From Octopus vulgaris (Eukaryota), in contig OX597816.1 of the NCBI GenBank assembly GCA_951406725.2, positions 44,268,001-44,332,000 of the forward strand: 64,000 nt of DNA, in the 5' to 3' direction. Positions 10,130 through 23,619 of the stretch are shown one piece after another; the first letter of the stretch is position 1; every line of letters starts with the position of its first letter. Made by a program: the position numbers and the translations under genes. The notes under the pieces are model-generated. The model saw only the letters and a program-made list of their open reading frames with translations. It was not told where the DNA came from and did no database searches.

Positions 10130-11757
10130 TATGACTTTTTATTAAACCCAAAGATATATGCATGCAAATAAAAGATTTGAGGTGGAATTAACAAGTAGAA
10201 AAATCATTATCATGAGCCAATATAAAAAGTCATACCTGTTTCGCCATCACTGTTCACTAACTTTAATTCAGCACCGATTTCCAAACGGTGTTGGGTCTAA
10301 TAGCACTTGAGTAAAAAGACTGCATTGCAAAGCAGGTAAGCGGCTCTGAAAATGTTGATTAATAGAGTATAAATGGTATATGGGATGTATGAGGATTAGT
10401 GGGAGTATTGGTATTAATAAGGTTAGTAGTGTCCTGTATTGAGTTCTTTGTTCATAATAAGTTGTGGTTGATATTTGTTACTGAAAGTTGCCTCCTTCTT
10501 TAGCTTTTGCTGCACTGAGGTGTTCCGGAAACATTGATGAAAAGGGGAGATTAGGAAGTTTAGTTTAAGGTTCCTAGCACGTCTATCTATGTGCTCTCTG
10601 ATCTGTATGTGTCTATATTGTCGGAAGCAGATTTGGTGTTTGTGAAGCGTTGTTCTTCGTTTGAGGGACATTCGTTTTTAACCTATATAGTGGTTTCCGC
10701 AACCTAAGCCGGCATTAACATAGATTAGGTTTTCAGAGGCGCAAATGTAATTTCAATTTATCTTAAACATTTCATCTTGTTTGAAGTGAAATTCTGTACT
10801 CTCCAAAAAGTGGCGGCTTGTTCCACACTTAGGTTGCCCACGTTTTTTATAATAATTTCGCTTGCAGTTTGCTCTTGATAAGTTTCTGCAAGTCAAAAAT
10901 TTCATTCATTGTGTTATTCCCAGTGAGAATGGGTAGATTTTGTATGATGATGTTGAATGTCTTATTGATTCTTGGGTTATGTGTGGAAATGTATAGGAGT
11001 ACATTTAAATTTGGGGTAGCATTTCATCTAATTTCCCTTAATGTTTGTATGTCTCATTCCTTTTTTCGTTTAATCTAATAATCTATTAATGCTGTTGGGT
11101 AATGTTTCCTGATTGGTGTTGATTTAAGTTCACGGAGAATTAGCTCACGGGTATTGGTATCCGTAACTGTGGTGCAAATTCTTTTCGCTAGATTATAAGG
11201 TACATTAATTTTTATGTTTGGGGTTACATGAGTTGAATAATAGGTATTGATTTGAATCTGTGGGCTTATAAAAGATGTCCGTTTCGATGTGGTTATTAAC
11301 TATTTTATTTAGGATGTCAAGAAAACGAAGTTGTTTATTGCTGCGTTCCATGGTGAATTGTATGTTGCTATTGATATTGTTGAGCATAATTTTGAAATCA
11401 AGGAATTTGTCCAAGCTAACGTTCCAAAGCATAAAGCAATCTTCTAAGTACCTTTTCCAGCTCTCCATTAAATAGCAATGGAATGAGGTACCATATTTTT
11501 GTTGTGATAATTGCTATATGTTAAGTTATAGATAACGCATAACAAGGTTCACAATCACTGGTGCAGCTCGAGTTCCCATTGCAATTTCACATTTTTGTCG
11601 ATAATAAACTATATCGAACATGAAGCAGTTGTGCTGGAGGATAAATTTCATTCCTGTGATTATGAAGTTGTGTGTGATGCGACCTAGGATCTCTTCTGGG
11701 TATTTTGCTAGCCAGAAACATGATTGTGTTATACCATAATCATGAGGGAAATTGGTT
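10130..11757 (-). mobile_element. Degenerate Penelope-like element (RT C-terminus, GIY-YIG, pseudo-LTR)
   Basis: IAMGTRAAP near 11560; WKRYLEDCF..IQFTME..FLDI..YKPTDSNQYL..S (ORF 11205-11468); NLIY..CGNHYIG near 10690-10735. Confidence 0.85.
10226..10264 (-). ncRNA. Minimal type I hammerhead-like motif with G3-C8 core
   Basis: aaagtta-GTGAACA-g(tgatgg)c-GAAA-cagg-TA-tgacttt. Confidence 0.55.
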
Positions 11758-11789
11758 ATTTATCCATATTAGTGCAAGTTGTACTAATA

Positions 11790-12840
11790 TGTGGATACCG
11801 ACATTCGTGAGCTTAAATCAACACTAATCAAGAAACATTACCCAACAGCATTAATAGAAGATGGGATTAAACGAAAAAAGGTATGAGACATACAAACATT
11901 AAGGGAAATTAACCGAAATACTACCCCAAATTTAAAAGCACTCCCATACATTTCCACACATAACACAAGAAACAATGAGATATTCAACATCATCAAATCT
12001 ACCCATTCTCACTGGAGATATGAACAATGAATGAAATTTTCGTCGCACACTCAATTATCAAAAGCAAAATGCAACCGAAATGATTGAAAAAAATATTAAG
12101 CGTCGCAAGACTATATCCCTTAACAACGGAACCAAAAGGGGAAAAATGCAGTCGGCCTGTGTCACAGGGTTAAATATTTAACAGGCAAGGTGAAATATTT
12201 AAGATAAATTCAAATTTCACTTGCGTCTCTGAAAACCTAATCTATGTTAAAACCTGCTTAGGTTGCGGAAACCACTATACAGGTCAAATGCGAATGTTTC
12301 TCACACGAAGAACAACGCTTCACCAAAAAAAACAAATGTGCTTCCTATATAGATAGATACAGGTCAGTGAGCACATAGATAGATGTGTTAAGAACCTTAA
12401 ACCAAACTTCGTTATTTCCCATTTTTATCAATGTTCCCAGAACATCTCAGTGCAGCAAAGTCTAAATAAAAAGGCAACTTTCATTAATGAATATCAACCA
12501 AATTTAACATGAACACAGAACTCAATACAAGACACTACTAACCGTATTAATATCAATACTCCCACTAACTCTCATACATCCCATATACCATTCATACTCG
12601 ATGAATCATATTAACCTAATTGCATCACTTTCTGAACTGCTTACCACCTTTGCATGCATTCTTTTAACTCAGGTACCGTTACACCTAACACCGCTTGGAA
12701 ATCGGTCTTGATTCAAAGTCAGTGAACAGCGATAAGGAAACCGGTATGACTTTTTATACTAACTCATAATAATGATTTTATACTTCTTAATTCCACCTCA
12801 AATCATTTATTTGTATGTATGAGTTTATAAAAACAAGCCA
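11790..12840 (+). mobile_element. Second, diverged Penelope-like 3' fragment, inverted relative to 10130-11170
   Basis: Reverse-complement similarity to 10130-11170, e.g. tctgaaaacctaatctatgttaa and ttaggttgcggaaaccactata, including the pseudo-LTR. Confidence 0.82.
12715..12753 (+). ncRNA. Minimal type I hammerhead-like motif with G3-C8 core
   Basis: aaagtca-GTGAACA-gcgataag-GAAA-ccgg-TA-tgacttt. 7-bp stem I and palindromic stem III; the stem II closing pair is lost in this copy. Confidence 0.55.
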
Positions 12841-13949
12841 TTACTTCTATGCCGAGAGTTCATTTACTTTGTTTCTTTTTACTGTCTCCCCTCCCATATA
12901 AATGTATATATATATCCGTGCATGTGTGTGTGTGTGTCTATGTGACTATGTGTTTGTGTTAGTGCGCGCACGCGTGTCTATGAAGGGTTGCTAAAAAGAA
13001 CCTTGCTTTAAGGGTGTCGTGAAAGGCCTCCTTGGTGGCCCTACCTTCTTATAGGGCTAAGAAAAACTGAAAAACTGAAGGAATTCTGCAATAATTGTGT
13101 GAATCTGAGAGGAGAATATGTTGCATAAAATCATAATTAATTGATAAACATTATCAGTTTCTCTGTTTCAATATATGTGTGCTATTAAATCTCTAAAGTT
13201 GCAGTATTTTGTCTAAGCATGTATACTTCTGAAGAAGCAGAGTATACCTCAGTTGGAAGGGGTCACAAAAACATTGACTGGTCACATATTTTGAATGCAT
13301 CTTTTTAAATATGTATATGTAGATGCATACATAAAAATTTATTTCTAAGATTATAACAAAGAATTATTTTATATGCGACTTCGCTAATAAATAGAAAAAT
13401 GTTGAAAAGAAACAGTGCTTTTAATTAACAGAATTCAATCATTAAGCATTCATAATTGGAATGAATATTAATAAATATTAATAAATAATATTAATATTAA
13501 TATTAATAAATATTAATAAATAATATCAATGAATAAATATTAAGTATTTATGGAATTCTGATTTACTGTCGGGTGACTTTTGGCCAACCCTGTATATTCG
13601 TGATATCCCTTTTGTCGGTAACATAGACATTACATATCACATGTGATGGTGAGGCATCTGTAAAATAATTCTAAAATATTTGTACAGTAGTTTCACCTTG
13701 TATATTAGTGATAAACAAAATGAAAGTACACATGGATTTTGTTTCCAATATATAAATTAAATTCAAACGGAATCATATTCGTAAGTTTTGGTAACCTGAT
13801 GTTTTAGTAGGTATCTTCCTTGTTTGCTGCTTTGAATGTTGAACACTCCAAAAGGAAGTTTCTTTCTCTTAATTGCAATAATGGACGCAGTTCATTCAAC
13901 TATCATCCCCATTCTCAATATTAAACATGGAAAACTCAAGTACACATAT

Positions 13950-14165
13950 ATTTCTTTACTACCCACAAGGGGCTAAACACAGAGGGGACAAACAAGGACA
14001 GACAAACGGATTAAGTCGATTATATCTACCCCAGTGCGTAACTGGTACTTAATTTATCGACCCCGAAAGGATGACAGACAAAGTCGACCTCGGCGTAATT
14101 TGAACTCAGAACGTAACGGCAGACGAAATACGGCTACGCATTTCGCTAACGTTTCTGCCAGCTCG
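13950..14165 (-). mobile_element. SINE family B (tRNA-like head, Nin/Deu-like core, Tx1-like tail)
   Basis: Core GGTCGACTTTG(C/T)C..TCATCCTTTCGGGGTCGATAAA..AAGTACCAG and tail TTTGTCTGTCCTTGTTTGTCCCCTCT...GCCCCTTGTGGGTAGTAAAGAAATA. Many copies in the window. Confidence 0.88.
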
Positions 14166-14188
14166 TACACACAAATAAATAAAAACTT

Positions 14189-14225
<37 letters not shown>

Positions 14226-14639
14226 TGTGTGTCTGTGTGTGTATTTGCGAGTGAAGGCTTCGTGGTCGAGGTATTCAATTCGCGATCGAAAGATCGTAAG
14301 ATCGATTCTCGGGTAGCGCGTTGTATCCTTAAGCAAAACGCTATATTTCACGTTGCTCCACTTCACTCGCTCAAGTAATTTTCTACTATCAACACTGTGA
14401 CGTCATCAAAATTCTTGTTGGATTCACTTATTCTAAATACCATCTCACGCTATTAACTTATTTGATGTCCCTGATCCTGTAAAGAACAGTTTTTTGCAGA
14501 TTGGAAATCCATTGTGTCAACAACCAGCTAACATAATTCTAAATTGATCAACAAACTAGCTAACATAATTCTAAATTGTTGTCGTTGACGATTAATGGTA
14601 TGCCAACACTTGCTGAAGATGAATGTGCTCAAAGACATC

Positions 14640-14955
14640 CGCAACTGGTACTTAATTTATCGAACCCGAAAGGATGAAATGCAAAGTGCACCTCGGCGGA
14701 ATTTGAACTCAAAACCTAAAGACAGATGAAATACCTATTTCTTTATTACCCACAAGGGGCTAAACATAGAGGGGACAAACATGGACAGACAGATTATATC
14801 GACCCCAGTGCTTAACTGGTACTTAATTTATCGACCCCGAAAGGATGAAAGGCAAAGTCGACCTCGGCGGAATTTGAACTCACAACGTAACGGCAGCCGA
14901 AATACCGCTAAGCATTTCGCCCGACGTGCTAACGATGCTGCCAGGTCGCCGCCTT
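14640..14955 (-). mobile_element. SINE family B copy with an adjacent partial second copy
   Basis: Same core twice (14645-14735 and 14800-14955), with a tail between them. Confidence 0.85.
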
Positions 14956-14969
14956 TGCTCAATAATATA

Positions 14970-15250
14970 TTATATATTCAAACATGCCCTTCGTTTTGTA
15001 ACTTTTGAGTGAACTTTGAGATGAATTTTGTTGCTATCTCTAGCAAATTTTGCGGACTCGTAGCGAATACCTCGTATTGAATCATATTCGTCAATAAACT
15101 GGCGATATGTTTATATATTTCGTACTGTCTTACAAGCATTGTTATAAAAGAATTCTTTTATAACATACCAGAACCAGAATTTCCGTGCATGTATGCAAAT
15201 ATGTATGTACATATATGAATATATAAACTGTTATATACATATGATATTTT
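14970..15250. repeat. About 270-bp segment duplicated at 18035-18300
   Basis: attcaaacatgcccttcg...gtagcgaatacctcgtattg...ccagaaccagaatttccgtgcatgtatgcaaata occurs at both sites. Confidence 0.85.
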
Positions 15251-15276
15251 ATATATATATATGCCTATATAAAACC

Positions 15277-15315
<39 letters not shown>

Positions 15316-15984
15316 TAATATACACCTAAGAAAATGTACGTGTGTTGTTGTAGAGTGAGTATGCATATTTTTATTGTTAGATCTGTATATAATCTGAACC
15401 CTGAGAAATGTAATATATTTACCTGAACCATCACAGATTTTCCATGAGTGGAAACATCCCATGCTTTTACCGTTTTCGTGTTTCACACCATTAATTGTTT
15501 TTCATCTTGTCAGCCATAAAGCCACATGGAATTTAGCTTTCTGCAGGAATGTAATAGTAACAACTAGTTGCACAGGAAGGCGAACTGTCGAAAGAGAGAA
15601 CAAAAGAATAAAACGGTAAGAAAAATTGCTATCCATATTGTTATGTTTATGATATAAGACCATCAGCTTATATCAATATTATGCTTTCTGTTCACATGTA
15701 AGTAGATGTTTTAATGGATTTGCATTTTTCAGCATCATGTCTTTTAGCCATTTTGGTACGAAGTGATTTTAATATACACCCACTGCAGAGAAGATATTAC
15801 TTCAGACCAATGAAATCTGCTGCTATAAAACTGAACTTTATAATTTATTGTTTATCTGTTTGTAGTTTTCTAAATTTGTGCTGTGTCGCACAAACGATAT
15901 TTTACTAGCTGTTATACTCGTTGAGGACGAGTAATAATCGGAGTATTTTTTGATCCGAATTTTTCAATCGCCTGGCATAGAAGT

Positions 15985-16311
15985 GAGGTCAACACTCATT
16001 TTGAATAAATTTTACACAAAGTTGGTTTAATGAAAAGACATTACATGACAGTAGTAGTAGTAGTAGTAGTAGTAGTTGTTGTTGTTATTGTTGTTGCTAA
16101 GCAACAAGACGGGTAAGAGTGATTAGGTGATGCGCTAGGGCTTAGGGGCAGGAGACCCCAGACCCTGGGGAAAAAAGCAACTTTGGTCGTCTTGTTGTAG
16201 TCGAGGGCTCTTCGTTGACGCCCGACACCACTGGGAGGTGGCCCTCGAAGTTGGTTTAATGAAAAGACATTACATGGCGGTAATAGTAGTAGTAGTAGTA
16301 GTAGCAGTAGC

Positions 16312-16356
<45 letters not shown>

Positions 16357-16586
16357 TGTTGTTGTTATAGTTGTTGCTAAGCAACAAGACGGGTAAGGGT
16401 GATTAGGTGATGGTCTAGGGCTTAGGGGCAGGAGACCCCAGACCTTGGGAAAAAAAGCAACTTTGGTCGTCTTGTTGTAGTCGAGGGCTCTTCGTTGACG
16501 CCCGACACCACTGAGAGGTCAACACTCATTTTGAATAAATTTTACACAAAGTTGGTTTAATGAAAAGACATTACATGACAGTAATA

Positions 16587-16633
<47 letters not shown>

Positions 16634-16812
16634 TGTTGTTGTTGTTTTTATTGTTGTTGCTAAGAAACAAGACGGGTAAGGGTGATTAGGTGATGGTCCA
16701 GGGCTTAGGGGCAGGAGACCCCAGACCTTGGGGGAAAGAGCAACTTTGGTCGTCTTGTTGTAGTCGAGGGCTCTTCGTTGACGCCCGACACCACTGAGAG
16801 GTGGCCCTCGAA
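15985..16812. repeat. Three tandem units of about 230-300 bp containing (AGT)n/(GTT)n microsatellite
   Basis: aagttggtttaatgaaaagacattacatg...gggcttaggggcaggagaccccagacc...gacgcccgacaccactg recurs three times. Confidence 0.9.
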
Positions 16813-17946
16813 GTCGCTGGAAATGGAGATCTCCAGGTTTAAATTCTTGAACAGCTGCTGTTGCTTCTGGAGATTAGCCCCCAAATGACCTGTGATAAAA
16901 TTCAATCCAGCCATGATTATTTGCTGTAAGTGCCAGACCTTGTGTTCAGTGGACTATATTATGTCCACATTTTTTTTATTACGATTGGACGTGAGTTGGA
17001 GTGGTTATTTCCTGCGCGTACAACGAGATAGAAGTTTCCTCGATTGTTCTTAGAAGCGAAAGATTTCTAAAATGCAGAAGGCCATTATATACCATAATCG
17101 CATAAAATTCCTCTATATGCAGAACAGAAATTGAAGAACATGAACCTTTGATGTCTGCAATAGACATGTAAGGACAATGTGGTGGAAATTTGAAGATGTT
17201 TAGTAAAATATGAATTATAATTGCTATAAAATCGAGACATAGCCATATGCCAAACATGGTAATAAGCCAGAGATTAAAAATATTAAAACTTGTTATATTT
17301 ATCCTTATTATTGTCTTACTACGAGAGTATAACCCGCCATATAACGGGTGATGATGGCTTTTACAGAAATAAGTGCATATTTGCAACAGTCGTTATCTTG
17401 CGTATATTAAAATTCTACGTTGCTGGCGTTTATACAAAATAGCGGGATGAAGACTAATTTTTAAAGTATAAATTATTTATTAGATTAAAATGAGGTGAAA
17501 CGAATTCCTCATTTGTAAATTTGCAATAAATATGCGTAATGAATAATAATTATATTGCTTGACTATCATGTAAATAGTGAACCATACAGACTAATTCCAT
17601 ATAAGGTAGCATAACATTTTTAGAGTGACAACGCACCCAACAATTGAATATCATTTCCAGTAATAACGGATATTTAATACATTCTCATTCTCTATCTTAC
17701 TCCCTCTTTTACACTCTCTGTCCTTCTTCTTCTTCTCTCTCTCTATCTCTCTGATAATGACATAACAAATAGAATTACGCGCATGATCTACTACTTTGAA
17801 CTGTGAACACACACATACATACCGCATTAAACTCCTCATTCATACTGTATGTATGTATATATATATGTATATATATATGTGTGTGTGTGTGTGTGTGAGT
17901 GTATATATATATATGTATACATATATACATATATATGTGTGTTTAT

Positions 17947-18002
<56 letters not shown>

Positions 18003-18326
18003 GTATGTATGTACGTACGTATATGTGTATATATGTATTCAAACATGCCCTTCGTCTTTTTAACTTTTGGGTGGACTTTGAGATGAATATTTTTCCTATC
18101 TATAGCGAATTGTATAGACACGTAGCGAATACCTCGTATTGGATCATATTCTTCAATAAACTGGAGATATATTTAAATATTTCGTACTGTCTTACATGCA
18201 TTTGTTATAAAAGAATTCTTTTATAACAAACCAGAACCAGAATTTCCGTGCATGTATGCAAATATATATGTACATATATGAATATATAAACTTTTATATT
18301 TAAATATATATATAAACTTTTATATT

Positions 18327-18364
<38 letters not shown>

Positions 18365-18585
18365 TTATATTTAAATATATATGTACATATATGAATATAT
18401 AAACTTTTATATTTAAAAATATATATATGACCATGGGAAACTTTTGCCATGATGTAACCTAAGACAGCATCAATAAAGTGCTGCCTAAAACAGCGGTCGT
18501 CAATTTTGAACCCCACTTGTGTTCCTCTTTTACATGCACACACACATAGGTACAACTCATACACGCACACACACGTACAACTCAT

Positions 18586-18656
<71 letters not shown>

Positions 18657-19177
18657 ACACAAACACATATATTTATATGGACTTAAAGATGGATTGCAAT
18701 TTAGCATGTAATTTAGTTATTACAGTTTACTATTAATACTGATACAATGTATATTGATTTAAATGTCTCTGGTTGTTTTTGTTAGTAAGGTTAGGGTTTA
18801 ATCTTACCTATATATTGATTGATTGAAACAACGTGGTTATTAAGCTTTACTACTATATCACACTGCAGAAGAAGGTAGGGATTATAATTTTTTATGACTT
18901 AATAGAGTTGTCACTGTTTAGTTACGTATTTAGGAGGGGTTGTAATTTACTTATGGAATTTATTTATCGATACGGTTGAACATTGGGTAAACGTGTTTGA
19001 AAGTTGTGGTTTCTCTGCTTTGTTCCCAAACAACACTTATTTTAGTGCTGTCGACAACGCTAGATTGAATGGTACTGCTCAGGTGTCAAAACCATAATGA
19101 TATCCATGGGGCGGCTGATGATGGACGTATGTTGGATTGTTGGTATGGCTGTGGAAAAGTATTATAACACATCTTTT

Positions 19178-19219
<42 letters not shown>

Positions 19220-19407
19220 CGAAACTTTTGATTAATCTACTACAAGATTATTCATCTTTCTATTTCACATAATATATATATATATATATAAAAGGGCTTA
19301 GTAAAATAAATTACTTTGCCGCATACTGAACTCATTAGAAATAGCAGCTAAAAAAACTTTTTTAAAACTATTTCTAATAGTGTTTCAAATCCAAACCAAG
19401 GAGTTTC

Positions 19408-19459
19408 TGAGCTGATGATAGAAGTGTTGTTTTGACTAATCTTGAAACGTACGTTCTCA
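19408..19459 (+). ncRNA. Type I hammerhead ribozyme motif, copy 1
   Basis: tgag-CTGATGA-(imperfect stem II)-GAAA-cgtacg-TT-ctca; palindromic stem III. Confidence 0.65.
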
Positions 19460-19953
19460 AATAACCTTAGCATTTGATTTTTTGATGTCCTTACCCCCAA
19501 ACTTTTGTGAGTTGAATTAAGCAAACACTATATATGAGAGAGATTTTCTTTAAGTATTAGAAATAGTTTTAAAAAAGTTTTTTTAGCTGCTATTTCTAAT
19601 GAGTTCAGTATACGGCAAAGTAATTTATTTTACTAAGCCCTTTTATATAATGTAATAATTTGAATTCGCCTTAAATGGTCCCTTTGCATACTGAACACTT
19701 GGTGAAATTGATTAATAATTAATTAATTTTACCCTCAATTGTTGAAATTATAATTAATCTCCCTCTAATTAAAGCTTCGGATTTTACCGAAATAAGCATA
19801 GTGTTTGATGATTTTAACCCACGCTGATGGAAAGGGGAGAACAGAAATTCTTCGCTTGCTTATTTGGGTTTGTTGGCACTGTTAGTTACGAGCAGATCTT
19901 CGAAAGGGTATGTTCTTACTTTCAGTGTTTCCAAATCCAAACCAAGGAGTTTC

Positions 19954-20005
19954 TGAGCTGATGATAGAAGTGTTGTTTTGACTAATCTTGAAACGTACGT
20001 TCTCA
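19954..20005 (+). ncRNA. Type I hammerhead ribozyme motif, copy 2
   Basis: Same motif 546 bp downstream of copy 1. Confidence 0.65.
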
Positions 20006-20499
20006 AATAACCTTAGCATTTGATTTTTTGATGTCCTTACCCCCAAACTTTTGTGAGTTGAATTAAGCAAACACTATATATGAGAGAGATTTTCTTTAAG
20101 TATTAGAAATAGTTTTAAAAAAGTTTTTTTAGCTGCTATTTCTAATGAGTTCAGTATGCGGCAAAGTAATTTATTTTACTAAGCCCTTTTATATAATGTA
20201 ATAATTTGAATTCGCCTTAAATGGTCCCTTTGCATACTGAACACTTGGTGAAATTGATTAATAATTAATTAATTTTACCCTCAATTGTTGAAATTATAAT
20301 TAATCTCCCTCTAATTAAAGCTTCGGATTTTACCGAAATAAGCATAGTGTTTGATGATTTTAACCCACGCTGATGGAAAGGGGAGAACAGAAATTCTTCG
20401 CTTGCTTATTTGGGTTTGTTGGCACTGTTAGTTACGAGCAGATCTTCGAAAGGGTATGTTCTTGCTTTCAGTGTTTCCAAATCCAAACCAAGGAGTTTC

Positions 20500-20551
20500 T
20501 GAGCTGATGATAGAAGTGTTGTTTTGACTAATCTTGAAACGTACGTTCTCA
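20500..20551 (+). ncRNA. Type I hammerhead ribozyme motif, copy 3
   Basis: Same motif 546 bp downstream of copy 2. Confidence 0.65.
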
Positions 20552-20874
20552 AATAACCTTAGCATTTGATTTTTTGATGTCCTTACCCCCAAACTTTTGT
20601 GAGTTGAATTAAGCAAACACTATATATGAGAGAGATTTTCTTTAAGTATTAGAAATAGTTTTAAAAAAGTTTTAAAAAAGTTTTTTTAGCTGCTATTTCT
20701 AATGAGTTCAGTATGCGGCAAAGTAATTTATTTTACTAAGCCCTTTTATATAATGTAATAATTTGAATTCGCCTTAAATGGTCCCTTTGCATACTGAACA
20801 CTTGGTGAAATTGATTAATAATTAATTAATTTTACCCTCAATTGTTGAAATATATATATATATATATATATATA

Positions 20875-21045
20875 TACGAGGTACTTCTTTCAGTTTCCAT
20901 CTACTACATCCACTCACGGGGGTTTGGTCAGCTCGAACGTATAGTAGACGACACTTGCACAAGGAGCCACGCAATGGGACTGAACATAGAACCATGTAGA
21001 TAGGAAGCAAGCGTCTTACCTCAGAGCGACGCCTGCGTCTATAGC
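20875..21045 (-). mobile_element. SINE family A, 5' half, diverged
   Basis: ttctttcagtttccatctac...acacttgcacaagg..ccacgcaatgggactgaac... Confidence 0.75.
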
Positions 21046-21361
21046 TCCTTACTACACAACCACGATATATATATATATATATTTATTTATTTATTGTCTT
21101 CGTCTATCGTTTCAAATTACTGTTGTTTCCTTTCGCACGTACTCCCTGAATTATTATCTTTCCCGAGCCCTAATGCTACGCAAAACTTGCGGGTACCGCC
21201 GATATACGAAGTTCTTAGTCTTATGATTAAGGGCATGAAACTAGGTATTAGCATTTTCGGTCGATAACTGATGAAAAATTAGGGTCCTGACGTCTGTCCT
21301 ACGTAAACGTTTAGTAATATTTAATGCATTATTCATTTATATATATATTTGTGTATGTATG

Positions 21362-21436
<75 letters not shown>

Positions 21437-21534
21437 GTATGTGTGTATGTATGTATGTATGATGTGTATGTATGTATTTATGTCTGTATATACGTATGTA
21501 TGTATCTATGTATGTATATGTTTGTGTATGTTTC

Positions 21535-21725
21535 TTGTGTTTGTTCATCACCACCAATTGACAATTGGTCTTGGTATGTTTATGTCCCCGTAACTTAGCT
21601 GTTCGGCAAAGAGACCGATAGAATAAGTACTATGCTTAAAATAATAAGTCGTGGGTTCGATTTACTCGACTAAATCTCTTTAGGGCAGTGCTCCAACATG
21701 GATGCGGTCAAATAACTGAAACAAA
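21535..21725 (+). mobile_element. SINE family A, 3' half
   Basis: gttcggcaaagagaccgatagaataagtact...gcagtgctccaacatgg..gcggtcaaataactgaaacaa. Confidence 0.75.
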
Positions 21726-21791
21726 TAATGTGTATAGATATGGATGTATATGTGTGTGAGACCGAGTGCGTGTGTGTTTAAAAAGGGAGTA

Positions 21792-21822
<31 letters not shown>

Positions 21823-21917
21823 GCATACCAACATATGTATGCTTATATACATGCATACATGCATACAATATGTCTGTACATGTAACCTTACCTGTATACA
21901 CACACATATATATATAC

Positions 21918-22032
<115 letters not shown>

Positions 22033-22086
22033 TTATTGGTGAATTGAAGAAATGGAGCTGAACGAAGATTGCACAGAAATCGTTTT

Positions 22087-22177
22087 ATTTCATTCTACAC
22101 GTGTTTCGAAAGGCACAATTTACCAAAATCCGATTGAATAATGAGACCATATTGTGTCTTTCTCTTCAGGAAGAAAT
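22087..22177 (-). ncRNA. Type I hammerhead ribozyme motif, inverted copy
   Basis: Reverse complement of 23283-23372. Confidence 0.72.
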
Positions 22178-23282
22178 AGGAAATCCGTTGGAAAAAACAA
22201 AAGCAGAACAGAGGCGGAGCAAAACAAATCGAACTAGGCTCCTAAGAGCCCATGGCAAAACTGTTTATCAGTGTATGTCGAGAACCGGTGGTTGAAGATT
22301 TTAACGGGTCAGGCAGCGGTCATTCCTGTGGGTAATTATCTTAAAGGCTATTTCAGAATTTGTTATCAAGGGCTATGGGTGCAGGTATTATTTATAAACG
22401 CTATTTAAAAGCCAGATAAGTTTAACGCCGCCAATGGGGGCATCGAAAAGCCGACTGTAAAAGTCCGTTTACCATCCGGCCTCTAGCGAACAAAATATGG
22501 AAGAGTTCGGAGACACAAAGGTTGCACTTCCTTCTGCCCCTATCAAATGGGAGGGCCACCGACAAAATTGACCATTCCAGCCTGTAGCTTGAGTTCGTAT
22601 CCTTCAATCGCCGATTGGCGGCGTTACACTTATCTGGCTTTTAAATAGCGTTTATAAATAATACCTGCACCCATAGCCCTTGGTAACAAATTCTGAAATA
22701 GCCTTTAAGATAATTACGATTAACCACTGCAAGGGGAATTACTCCTGCAAGATAAACGGGGCTTTGTCTTTTGTTTTTTGTTTTTTGACGACGGGGGGTT
22801 TCCTTGACAAGGCAGGTTCAGACGAACACACGCACACATAAAACATAATATATTTTTTTCTGCCACCCAACCGTTCTTACTGCAGTAGCCATTGTGTAGA
22901 GCGGCTTAACCACTGACAGCCGAGCGATCAAACGCACACACGTAAACAAAAATGTTTTCTACCCCTTGACGGAGGTTTTGCCATCATGCGCCAGCACACA
23001 TATATAGAACAGTAAACACACACATGTCTCTAAGTAGATTTTTTTCTCGCCCCTTATAAAACATCCAATATTCCTTAAATAGTCAGAACTTTATTCTCGG
23101 TCACAAAGAACATCTACACACCCTCACCCACAGGAATGACCGCTGCCTGACCCGTTAAAATCTTCAACCACCGGTTCTCGACATACACTGATAAACAGTT
23201 TTGCCATGGGCTCTTAGGAGCCTAGTTCGATTTGTTTTGCTCCGCCTCTGTTCTGTTTTTGTTTTTTCCAACGGATTTCCTA

Positions 23283-23372
23283 TTTCTTCCTGAAGAGAAA
23301 GACACAATATGGTCTCATTATTCAATCGGATTTTGGTAAATTGTGCCTTTCGAAACACGTGTAGAATGAAAT
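23283..23372 (+). ncRNA. Type I hammerhead ribozyme motif with a long stem II
   Basis: tttcttc-CTGAAGA-gaaagacacaat...attgtgcctttc-GAAA-cacgtg-TA-gaatgaaa. Confidence 0.75.
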
Positions 23373-23619
23373 AAAACGATTTCTGTGCAATCTTCGTTCA
23401 GCTCCATTTCTTCAATTCACCAATAATATTTTAATTTCAATTATCCGCACCAACGCACGGTTGCAACACCATATGGTTGTACCTCCAACCGTGCTGTCTT
23501 CTGCTGTGATTTTTGCTACCAAGGTATCGGTTAAACTTTTGATTAATCTGCTACAAGATTATTCATCTTTCTATTTCAAATTATATATATATATATATAT
23601 GTAGGTCCCGGGTTGAGTC

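Larger units (their letters stand above)
19290..20850 (+). repeat. 546-bp tandem repeat (about 2.7 units) preceded by an inverted 90-bp end segment; Penelope pseudo-LTR or retrozyme-like
   Basis: Identical ORFs 19882-20070 and 20428-20616 are 546 bp apart. 19290-19378 is the reverse complement of about 19555-19645. Flanked by (TA)n. One hammerhead per unit. Confidence 0.85.

Noticed and set aside
15423-15540. Minus-strand exon-like segment (cctgcag ... cag|gtaaat)
   Set aside because: Stops in all three frames.
17836-18736. [14 protein letters not shown] ORFs here and throughout the window
   Set aside because: Dinucleotide microsatellite artefacts.
22717-23128. Spliced intron explaining the difference between the two pLTR copies
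   Set aside because: The junctions give no GT..AG pair on either strand. A 2-bp microhomology suggests deletion or template jump.
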